Made by a program: the position numbers and the translations under genes. Under the pieces are notes generated by a model. It saw nothing but the letters and a program-made list of their open reading frames with translations, was not told the DNA's origin and made no database searches. A stretch of DNA of 64,000 nucleotides, from contig JAXGPF010000008.1 of the NCBI GenBank assembly GCA_040767085.1, positions 44,590 to 108,589 of the forward strand, read 5' to 3'. Shown here piece after piece: positions 50,963 through 57,970 of this stretch. The DNA comes from Kiritimatiellia bacterium (GTDB lineage Bacteria; Verrucomicrobiota; Kiritimatiellia; JAAZAB01). Every line of letters starts with the position of its first letter. The first letter of the stretch is position 1.

Positions 50963-50992
50963 TTGACAGGTACACGCTGCGTCTGATAAAGT
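50963..50992 (+). promoter_or_regulatory. Candidate promoter directed toward the cassette array (Pc-like)
   Basis: TTGACA-N18 with extended -10 TGaTAAAGT. Confidence 0.4.
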
Positions 50993-51260
50993 GCAGTCAG
51001 CTTGACTGTTGGTTTTGGTTCAGTAGCATCCCATAGCAAACCGCTTGATTCTCTCACAAAGCCGCAAAGCCACAAAGAAGACGCGGATAATTTACCACTG
51101 AACCGGAAGGATTGGCCACCCAAAGTTGACTAGATTGACGCATATAGCGGGCATCTTTCCCTTTCCTGTACGTCAATCTGTATTCACAACCCGTTAAATA
51201 TCAACGAAAGAGTTGATGGATTTAACGAAAACGGTGGAAATGTGTCGTGCTATGCATGAC

Positions 51261-51279
51261 GCATAATATTATGTTGGCC
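51261..51279 (+). other. attI-like integron recombination site
   Basis: GCATAAT-N5-GTTGGCC (L box, 5 bp, R box). GTTGGCC is the exact complement of the GGCCAAC that ends the first cassette. Confidence 0.55.
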
Positions 51280-51291
51280 CAGATCGAGGAC

Positions 51292-52164
51292 ATGACAAAA
51301 CGAAAACAGATCACCAAGACCGTCCGATTTGAGGTCTTCAAGCGCGACTCATTTGCCTGTCAGTATTGTGGACGGAAGGCTCCTGAAGTCCTGCTTGTGA
51401 TTGACCACATCGAGCCAGTGGCAAAGGGTGGTACGAACGACATACTGAACCTCATCACCGCCTGCAAAGACTGCAATGCGGGCAAGTCCGATCGCCAGTT
51501 GTCAGACTCCTCGATTCTCGACAAGCAGCGGCAGCAATTGGAGGACTTGCAGGAGCGGAAAGAGCAGATCGAAATGATGTTCCAGTGGCAGAAGGGCCTA
51601 CTTGACCTCGACGACCAGGTCGTTCAGCAGTTGACGGCGTTCTGGTCAGAGCAGGTTCCCGGATATAGCCTGAACGAGACCGGCATCAAGGGTCTCAAAC
51701 GGCTTAAGCGGAAGTTTGAACTTGATGAGATCCTGGCCGCCATGAAGATCGCCGCAGAACAGTACATCGAGTTCAAAGACGGGCAACCGACAAAGGAATC
51801 CGTTGAGGAGGCATGGGGGAAGGTCGGCGGCGTCTGTGCCGTCAGGCGCGAAGAGAAGAAACGTCCCCACATGCAAAAGCTTCGTTACGTGCGGGGTATC
51901 CTCCGCAACAGGCTAAGCTACCTGGACGAAGCACGCGCCCTTCAGTTGCTGGAGGAAGCCTTCGACGCAAGTGCGAGCCTTGAAAATCTGGAGAAGCACG
52001 CGAAGTCGCTACGAACTTGGACCGAATGGCGCAACGACATTGAGGCGTTTATCACCGAGCACGAAGAGAAACCGGAAGATGACGGAGAGGGCCAACAAAC
52101 GGTCCGAGGCTACTCCGAAACCCGCGCCGCAAACGGCGCGTCTTCCGGATCGCCTCAACCGTAG
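51292..52164 (+). CDS. HNH endonuclease (cassette 1)
   Basis: VRFEVFKRDSFACQYCG...IDHIEPVAKGGTND..NLITACKDCNAGKSD plus a helical C-terminal domain; GAGGA RBS before ATG 51292. Confidence 0.9.
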   Translation: MTKRKQITKTVRFEVFKRDSFACQYCGRKAPEVLLVIDHIEPVAKGGTNDILNLITACKDCNAGKSDRQLSDSSILDKQRQQLEDLQERKEQIEMMFQWQKGLLDLDDQVVQQLTAFWSEQVPGYSLNETGIKGLKRLKRKFELDEILAAMKIAAEQYIEFKDGQPTKESVEEAWGKVGGVCAVRREEKKRPHMQKLRYVRGILRNRLSYLDEARALQLLEEAFDASASLENLEKHAKSLRTWTEWRNDIEAFITEHEEKPEDDGEGQQTVRGYSETRAANGASSGSPQP

Positions 52165-52172
52165 CGTTCTGT
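52090..52172 (+). other. attC site 1 (83 bp)
   Basis: R'' GGCCAAC; L''/L' ACGGTCCGAGG / CCTCAACCGT with an extrahelical base; central hairpin CGCGCCG/CGGCGCG; R' GTTCTGT. Confidence 0.75.
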
Positions 52173-52199
52173 TGAAAGAAACATAGATGGGAAGCACAA

Positions 52200-53909
52200 A
52201 TGGACCGTGAACGGATCATCCGCGAACTCGCCAAGTGCCGGCTGAAACCGGATGGACACAGGCGTCAGTACACGATAGCCGGAAAGTTGGGACAGGGAGG
52301 GAATGGCGTCACGTTCGTCGTTCATGTTGGCCGGCGGGAGCTTGTGGCAAAGATATATGTCCCTCCGGACAGCCGGGATCTCGACAATGCCGCCTTCAAG
52401 CGATTCACCCGCGAGATTGAACTCTCCAGTCGGACTCACCATCCCTTTGTCGTCCCGGTTGCGGGAACTGGCAACATCGCGGTGGGCGCTTATACGTTCC
52501 CTTTTTATCTGATGCCCAAAGCGAAGGGCACACTTCGCAGTCTCATCCCCTCAGCGTTCACGCTTGACGGTCTCGGCTTCAGGCTCCGTACCTTTACGCA
52601 AGTCGTAAGCGGAGTCTCCTATCTGCACCACATCGGCATCTTTCACCGGGACTTGAAACCAGAGAATATTCTCCTGTCCGATAACGGCCTTCCGATGGTG
52701 GCCGACCTCGGCATTGCCCACGTTGCGCCCTCTTTCGTCGAATGGAGCAAGCTTACCCTCCCAAAAGACCATTTGATGAACTGGGATTACTACGCACCCG
52801 AACAGAGAGATGGTGACGCTACCAAGGTCGATCATCGCGCCGATATCTATGCCTTGGGCCTAATCATGTATGAACTTATGACTGGCGTTTCCCCGTCACG
52901 CCCAAACCTCCCGGAATTGTACAGCTTTGACGTTCGACTCGCGCGGTTGGATAGCATCTTTGGAAAGATGACGGCCCATTATCCTGAGAAACGCTATCAG
53001 ACTCTTGATGTACTCCAGGACGAGTTGACATGGACACTGATTGCCTTGGGAATTCCAACGGAGGCGCCTTCTTCTGATGAGGCAGACAAACGGAGCCTGG
53101 TCAGGCTACTGCGCAGCACCAATGCCGCTAATCGTGCCCGCGCACAGGAGATTGTTCGGCGCCTAGCAGACAAGGCATTGCCCGAGCTTCACGAGATGAC
53201 CGGCGACACGCGCGTGGACGTTGCCCTATCCGCGTACAAACTTCTTGGAAATCTTGTCCACAAGGAATCATTGCCGTATTTGTTGGCAGGATTGTACCCG
53301 CGACGCTCGGCGCAGAAGCCCAGATTTGTTACTGGCGAGGCAGCTGCAGAGGCCCTGCGCAACTACCCCGTTGAGGACAGACTGGCGACACTTAGGGCGA
53401 TTAAGGACTTGGTTCTCGCCAGACACATCGGCCTCATCATAGAAGGTATTCCGGCACAAGATTCCTACCCACTCGCATCCCGACTGTACGAGTCTAAGCT
53501 GTTCTACGACGACTGGAGTGAGGAATCAGGCCTCGCCTTCTTACTCCGTCTTGACCAGAATGAGGCTTGGCCGCTTGTCGAGCGCAAACTGGCAAGCGGC
53601 TCAACCGTTTACTCCTTTACCGTCTTTCGAGACTTCTTCCCCAATGTGAATTCCGACCGACAGAAGCTCCTTATTGACTACATGCTCAATCGCGATAGCG
53701 ATCTCAGCTCATGGGAGCTTCCCAGGCTTCTGGATGCCATTGCGGCATCTTTCGTCCCCTCGCAATTTGCCTCGGAAGCACTATCACGACTCAAAGATGT
53801 TGCACAGCGGCGAATCCGAAAGTGGGATGAGCGGGAAGCATTTGTTCGCAAAGTGGAGGAGCTAGAGGTGAAAACGATCGCTCCTGCAAAGAGCCCAAAG
53901 AAATCATGA
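52200..53909 (+). CDS. Hanks-type Ser/Thr protein kinase with helical (HEAT-like) C-terminus (cassette 2)
   Basis: LGQGGNG, VAK, HRDLKPENIL, DLG, YYAPEQ, DIYALG. Confidence 0.9.
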   Translation: MDRERIIRELAKCRLKPDGHRRQYTIAGKLGQGGNGVTFVVHVGRRELVAKIYVPPDSRDLDNAAFKRFTREIELSSRTHHPFVVPVAGTGNIAVGAYTFPFYLMPKAKGTLRSLIPSAFTLDGLGFRLRTFTQVVSGVSYLHHIGIFHRDLKPENILLSDNGLPMVADLGIAHVAPSFVEWSKLTLPKDHLMNWDYYAPEQRDGDATKVDHRADIYALGLIMYELMTGVSPSRPNLPELYSFDVRLARLDSIFGKMTAHYPEKRYQTLDVLQDELTWTLIALGIPTEAPSSDEADKRSLVRLLRSTNAANRARAQEIVRRLADKALPELHEMTGDTRVDVALSAYKLLGNLVHKESLPYLLAGLYPRRSAQKPRFVTGEAAAEALRNYPVEDRLATLRAIKDLVLARHIGLIIEGIPAQDSYPLASRLYESKLFYDDWSEESGLAFLLRLDQNEAWPLVERKLASGSTVYSFTVFRDFFPNVNSDRQKLLIDYMLNRDSDLSSWELPRLLDAIAASFVPSQFASEALSRLKDVAQRRIRKWDEREAFVRKVEELEVKTIAPAKSPKKS

Positions 53910-53980
53910 GCAGAACAATCGGCTTCACTCTTACGGTTGCCCCGGGGCGGATCAACCGAAGGTGAGCCGTAACGTTCGGC
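53910..53980 (+). other. attC site 2 (71 bp)
   Basis: R'' GCAGAAC (complements the cassette start GTTCTG); GCTTCAC / GTGAGC with extrahelical T; CTTACGGTTG / CAACCGAAG; R' GTTCGGC. Confidence 0.9.
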
Positions 53981-53989
53981 AGTAGAGAG

Positions 53990-54637
53990 ATGAAGGCAAT
54001 AATCCATAGGGAACTATTGCTCCGTCCGCGTACTGGATACGCAATGGATGCCGTCCAAGCCATTGCCGACTTTTGTGCGCAGTCAGAAGACTACACCTAT
54101 CTGCGAAAAGAAACGGACGAGTACTGCAGGCACATCAATGCAGATGCCTGCATGATTGCGGATCGATCCTCCAAAGTCTTCCCCGCGCTAGCCTTTGCGT
54201 CGTCTGACGGTGCTGTGCTCCAGGTTGTGAACATTGTTCCCGGCAGCGTTTCCGAAATCGGAATAGCGGACTACAACATGATACTTGACCGCTTCACCAA
54301 GGCATTCGCAATATTTTGCGGGGCAAAACGGGTTAAGATGACTATAACACAGACATCGGACTCACTGACCCTCGAGTCGGCTATTCCGGGGAGAAAGACC
54401 CGCGACTTCTTCCAGCGTTTCCTCAATCTGCATCCGACGAGTTACCACCCATCTGACATCGAGCGGCTTGATGTCTTCATCTGCGCTGCTTCAAGATACC
54501 ACTCTGGCGGCTTCAACACACATCGGCTCCGCAGGTATTTGATGGAGGTTTTGGAATGGAAAGAAAAGGACGCATCCTGGTGTTGTGACCGAATTGATGC
54601 CGGACTGGACATTCTGAAAGTAAACAGGAAATTCTAG
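53990..54637 (+). CDS. Hypothetical protein (cassette 3)
   Basis: 215-aa ORF exactly filling the space between GTTCGGC (53974) and GCCGAAC (54637); HPSDIERL motif. Confidence 0.8.
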   Translation: MKAIIHRELLLRPRTGYAMDAVQAIADFCAQSEDYTYLRKETDEYCRHINADACMIADRSSKVFPALAFASSDGAVLQVVNIVPGSVSEIGIADYNMILDRFTKAFAIFCGAKRVKMTITQTSDSLTLESAIPGRKTRDFFQRFLNLHPTSYHPSDIERLDVFICAASRYHSGGFNTHRLRRYLMEVLEWKEKDASWCCDRIDAGLDILKVNRKF

Positions 54638-54713
54638 CCGAACAAACGTAAGCGTCCGGTGGAGCGCCCCCTATGCAAACACTCCGGACGTGGCAAACTG
54701 CTTTGGGTTAAAT
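54637..54713 (+). other. attC site 3 (77 bp, imperfect)
   Basis: R'' GCCGAAC is the exact complement of the cassette start GTTCGGC; central CGTCCGG / CCGGACG; AAGC / GCTT; R' GTTAAAT. The right arm has extra bases. Confidence 0.6.
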
Positions 54714-54719
54714 TATGTA

Positions 54720-55103
54720 GGCGTGGGGTCGGACCGCGGCAAGTTGTGGGGGCGTGGGGGTCGGACCGCGGCAAGTTGTTGTTTGATAGGTGGATAGCCC
54801 GATATTATGGTGAAAAAACGCCTTAAAGGTGTTTTTTGGCGGGCTTTTTGTGTTATAAGCACCTGTAGGCCGGGAAGGATTTGTAAATGAAATGGCCAAA
54901 ACAATTATGAACCGGAGGAAATTGGCGATAGAGCAAGAGCCGATTGCTGGTGAATCGGAAGCGTATATTCTAAGGGAGCAGCCCATTGGCTATGGTAATG
55001 CTTAATGTTTATTTTGGTAATGAAAAAACGGCGCTAAGGGCCTTTAAAGTATCTGAAATATCTTTAAAGCATTGGTTTTTAGCATATTGCCGAGGTCCGA
55101 CCC
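54720..55103 (+). mobile_element. Internally deleted (non-autonomous) copy of the Y1 element, with a duplicated left end
   Basis: GGGTCGGACCGCGGCAA at 54726 and 54758; left-end sequence to about 54862 joined to the 3' end of the transposase (GTAGGCCGGGAAGG, cf. 57028); ends in TTGCCGAGGTCCGACCC (55087-55103). Confidence 0.88.
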
Positions 55104-55149
55104 TGTGGTGCGCACGGGAACCGTGTCCAGCGAAACCAGGAGAAACGCG

Positions 55150-55449
55150 ATGAATATCGAAATCATGCGAGCTTTCTTTGGGTGGTGTACCGTCATCAAC
55201 GGTGCGTTTCTGCTTCTAGCATTCTTGTTGTGCGCGAAGGCGAGCGACTGGGTGTACAGGATGCACAGCAGGTGGTTCCCCATCAAAAGGGAGGCATTAA
55301 CATTGACGATGTATTGCTTCATCGGAGGGATGAAGATTATCTTTATTATGCTAAACCTTGTGCCATATTTGGCGCCATATTTGGCGCTTGTCATTCTGGC
55401 GGGGGCGTGGGGTCGGACCGCGGCAAGATGTTGTTTGATAGGTGGATAG
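55150..55449 (+). CDS. DUF6868-like small membrane protein (cassette); natural 3' end replaced by a Y1 left end
   Basis: MNIEIMRAFFGWCTVINGAFLL..HSRWF..YCFIGGMKIIFIMLNLVPY; in-frame 12-bp tandem duplication GCCATATTTGGC (55362-55385). Confidence 0.7.
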   Translation: MNIEIMRAFFGWCTVINGAFLLLAFLLCAKASDWVYRMHSRWFPIKREALTLTMYCFIGGMKIIFIMLNLVPYLAPYLALVILAGAWGRTAARCCLIGG

Positions 55450-55566
55450 CCCGATATTATGGTAAAAAAACGCCCTTAAAGGTGTTTTTTGGCAGGCTTT
55501 TTGTGTTATAAGCACTTATATTCGTATCATGCCGAGAAAAAATCGCTATTTCATGTGTGGTCATTT
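55404..55566 (+). mobile_element. Orphan left end of the Y1 element plus the first 13 transposase codons
   Basis: GGCGTGGGGTCGGACCGCGGCAAG...ATGCCGAGAAAAAATCGCTATTTCATGTGTGGTCATTTA (MPRKNRYFMCGHL). Confidence 0.85.
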
Positions 55567-55624
55567 AGCTTGGGGAAACTCTTAACCAGATATTCCAGCG
55601 CATGGCCGGTCCGCGCTGCGTGCG

Positions 55625-55701
55625 GCCCAACCATGCACTGGACCGTCAATGGTCCGCACACACGCAGTGTGCGGCGGCCCGCCGCCAGCGCCCCGTTCGG
55701 C
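55625..55701 (+). other. attC site 4 (77 bp)
   Basis: R'' GCCCAAC; GCACTGG / CCAGCGC; central CCGCACAC / GTGTGCGG; R' GTTCGGC. Confidence 0.7.
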
Positions 55702-55726
55702 CAGAAGGCCAGAAGGGAGAGGGGAG

Positions 55727-56113
55727 ATGAGAAGGATAGTCGTGGCAATGCTGGTGTTTGCGGTGGGCACGATGATCGCAGTGTCACACCCCGGTGGGCT
55801 TGATGCAAACGGCGGCCACTACAACCGAAAGACGGGCGAATATCACTATCACCGACAACCTGCGGCAAACCCGCAGCCGCCTGCGCGATTAACTCCGTCT
55901 GCATCGCAGTCCGTCTCGACAAACAAGACGCAGACGATAGAGAAGTCGTTTTGGCTCAACACGTCCTCAGGCGTCAGGCACAACAAAGGATGCCGTTGGT
56001 TCGGGAAGACGCAAGGCGGTCGCTACTGCGGGCCAAATGAGGGGCGAGCGTGCGGGCAATGTGGTCGGCGTGGGGGTCGGACCGCGGCAAGTTGTTGTTT
56101 GATAGTAGGATAG
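55727..56113 (+). CDS. Secreted YHYH-domain protein with C-terminal Cys-rich (Ada-like) domain (cassette); stop codon replaced by a Y1 left end
   Basis: Signal peptide; HPGGLDANGGHYNRKTGEYHYH; WLNTSSGVRHNKGCRWF...CGPNEGRACGQCG. Confidence 0.78.
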   Translation: MRRIVVAMLVFAVGTMIAVSHPGGLDANGGHYNRKTGEYHYHRQPAANPQPPARLTPSASQSVSTNKTQTIEKSFWLNTSSGVRHNKGCRWFGKTQGGRYCGPNEGRACGQCGRRGGRTAASCCLIVG

Positions 56114-56302
56114 CCAGATATTATGGTAAAAATACGCCCTTAAAGGTGTTTTTTGGCCGGCTTTTTGTGTTATAAGCACTTATATTCGTATCATGCCAAG
56201 AAAAAACCGGTATTTCATGTGTGGTCATTTATGGCACTTGACCCATAGGTGTCACAACCGTGATTTTTTGCTGAAATTCGGTAAGGACCGTGATGCTTAC
56301 CG
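56067..56302 (+). mobile_element. Orphan left end of the Y1 element plus the first ~37 transposase codons
   Basis: Near-identical to the start of the full copy; MPRKNRYFMCGHLWHLTHRCHNRDFLLKFGKDRDAYR, then abuts the next left end. Confidence 0.88.
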
Positions 56303-57266
56303 GGCGTGGGGCCGGACCGCGGCAAGATGTTATATGACAGGTAGATAGCCCGATATTATAATTAAAAAACACTCTTAAAGATGTTTTTTGGCGGGTTTTT
56401 TGTGTTATAAATACTTATATTCGTATCATGCCAAGAAAAAACCGATATTTCGTGTGTGGTCATTTATGGCACTTGACCCATAGGTGTCACAACCGTGATT
56501 TTTTGCTGAAATTCGGTAAGGACCGTGATGCTTACCGCAACTTGCTCCGAGCGCGGCTACAAGGTTCTGGGGTTGATTTATACGGTTATTGCCTTACTGG
56601 CAACCATGTTCATCTCTTGGTGCATAGCGATGCCGGCCTGGATATACCTGCTCTAATAAAGTCAGTGGCCGGTGAATTTGCCCAAGCGTATAATCGGCGC
56701 AAAAGGCGCACGGGCGCTTTTTGGGGAGACCGGTACCATGCTACGCTGGTTGATAGCGGAAAATATTTGTGGCGTTGTCTGCAATATATTGATCTGAACA
56801 TGGTGCGTGCCGGGCGTGTGACGCATCCTGCGGATTGGCCATGGTGCGGATATCATGAATTGGTGGGGGAACGCAAGCGTTACTGTTTAATAAACAGGGA
56901 TGGATTACGAGCGGCGTTAAATTTTTCTTCAATTGAGAGTTTTAGCGATGAATATCGGGCAGGCATTGTTGCGCGGTTGGCGGAGCAAAACCTGCTGCGG
57001 GAGCCCTGTTGGACAGAGGTCTTGGCCGTAGGCCGGGAAGGATTTGTAAATGAAATGGCCAAAACAATTATGAACCGGCGGAAATTGGCGATAGAGCAAG
57101 AGCCGATTGCTGGCGAATCGGAAGCGTATATTCTAAGGGAGCAGTCCATTGGCTATGGGAATGCTTAATGCTTGTTTTGGTAATGAAAAAACGGCGCTAA
57201 GGGCCTTTAAAGCATCTGAAATATCTTTAAAGCATTGATTTTTAGCATATTGCCGAGGTCCGACCC
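56303..57266 (+). mobile_element. Full-length Y1 (HUH) transposase element with 17-bp inverted ends
   Basis: Left end GGGCCGGACCGCGGCAA (56309-25); right end TTGCCGAGGTCCGACCC (57250-66); markedly AT-rich. Confidence 0.85.
56428..57168 (+). CDS. REP-associated-type tyrosine transposase (Y1_Tnp, IS200-like HUH)
   Basis: HLTHRCHNR, YCLTGNHVHLLV (HUH), FWGDRY, YIDLNMVRAG (catalytic Tyr), DWPWCGY. Confidence 0.92.
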   Translation: MPRKNRYFVCGHLWHLTHRCHNRDFLLKFGKDRDAYRNLLRARLQGSGVDLYGYCLTGNHVHLLVHSDAGLDIPALIKSVAGEFAQAYNRRKRRTGAFWGDRYHATLVDSGKYLWRCLQYIDLNMVRAGRVTHPADWPWCGYHELVGERKRYCLINRDGLRAALNFSSIESFSDEYRAGIVARLAEQNLLREPCWTEVLAVGREGFVNEMAKTIMNRRKLAIEQEPIAGESEAYILREQSIGYGNA

Positions 57267-57366
57267 TGTGGCCGTGTCGTCCGACGGCATGACGATCCAC
57301 TGTCTCAACGGTTTGCCGTGTCGCTGTGCGAGTGGGCGGAGACACAGGCAGGAGAGAAAAACGCGA

Positions 57367-57395
57367 TTGATCCCCGTCCGTTGCTCGTGTAATCT
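57367..57395 (+). promoter_or_regulatory. Putative own promoter of the TA cassette
   Basis: TTGATC-N17-TAATCT followed by the AAGGGAG RBS. Confidence 0.45.
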
Positions 57396-57421
57396 ATGCT
57401 TAGCAAAAGGGAGATAATGTT

Positions 57422-57610
57422 ATGCCAACCGTCATGAAGAAAGAATCAGCACACAAAATCATCGACCGCATGCCTCAGCAGGCGACATGGGATGACCTTA
57501 TACACGAAATTTACGTTCACGAGGCGATCGAACGAGGGCTAGCCGATAGCAAGGCCGGAAGGACCAAAGAAGTTAAAGAAGTCCGTGCCAAATACGGCTT
57601 GCCGATATGA
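57422..57610 (+). CDS. Type II antitoxin (small, ParD-like)
   Basis: KESAHKIIDRMPQQATWDDLIHEIYVHEAIERGLADSKAGRT; ATGA overlap with the toxin. Confidence 0.85.
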   Translation: MPTVMKKESAHKIIDRMPQQATWDDLIHEIYVHEAIERGLADSKAGRTKEVKEVRAKYGLPI

Positions 57611-57949
57611 GAGTTCATTGGACAGACACGGCTCAATCCCATCGGCGCCATCCACGCATATATTGCCCAAGACTCCGCCGAGTACGCCATCTACACGATA
57701 GATCGCCTGACGCGACGCTCTCAGCAAATTGCCGACTTTCCTCTTTCGGGTCGTCGTGTGCCGGAATATGAAATGGACCAAATTCGAGAGGTAATCGAAG
57801 CTCATTACCGGATCATCTATTACATTAAATCAGACCAGATTGACGTTTTGGCTATCATTCATGAGGCAAGAAATATCCTGGCCGATTGCCAAGAAAACAA
57901 CATAGCCGAACCAGATTTTCCAGCGGATGGCGACCAGCGCCACCGCTGA
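57607..57949 (+). pseudogene. RelE/ParE family toxin, frameshifted after about codon 12
   Basis: MRVHWTDTAQSH, then a frame change to GAIHAYIAQDS...FPLSGRRVPE...IREVIEAHYRIIY...IDVLAIIH. Consistent with a 2-nt loss near 57643. Confidence 0.85.
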
Positions 57950-57963
57950 AAATTATGTTCGGC
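57905..57963 (+). other. attC site 5 (59 bp)
   Basis: GCCGAAC-CAGAT-TTTCCAGCGG-ATGGCGACCAGCGCCA-CCGCTGAAAA-TTAT-GTTCGGC; fully self-complementary apart from an extrahelical C. Confidence 0.92.
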
Positions 57964-57970
57964 GATTATT

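Noticed and set aside
51180-51196. LexA box in the integron control region
   Set aside because: Only a half-site (CTGT) is present; no CTGT-N8-ACAG or other symmetric SOS motif.
50919-51260. Integron integrase gene or remnant
   Set aside because: No ORF with tyrosine-recombinase R-H-R-Y motifs is visible here or elsewhere in the window.
54720-56330. Recurrent GGGTCGGACCGCGGCAAG motif as a possible CRISPR array
   Set aside because: Spacing is irregular (32 to ~660 bp), the repeats extend into transposase sequence, and there are no cas genes. They are transposon ends.
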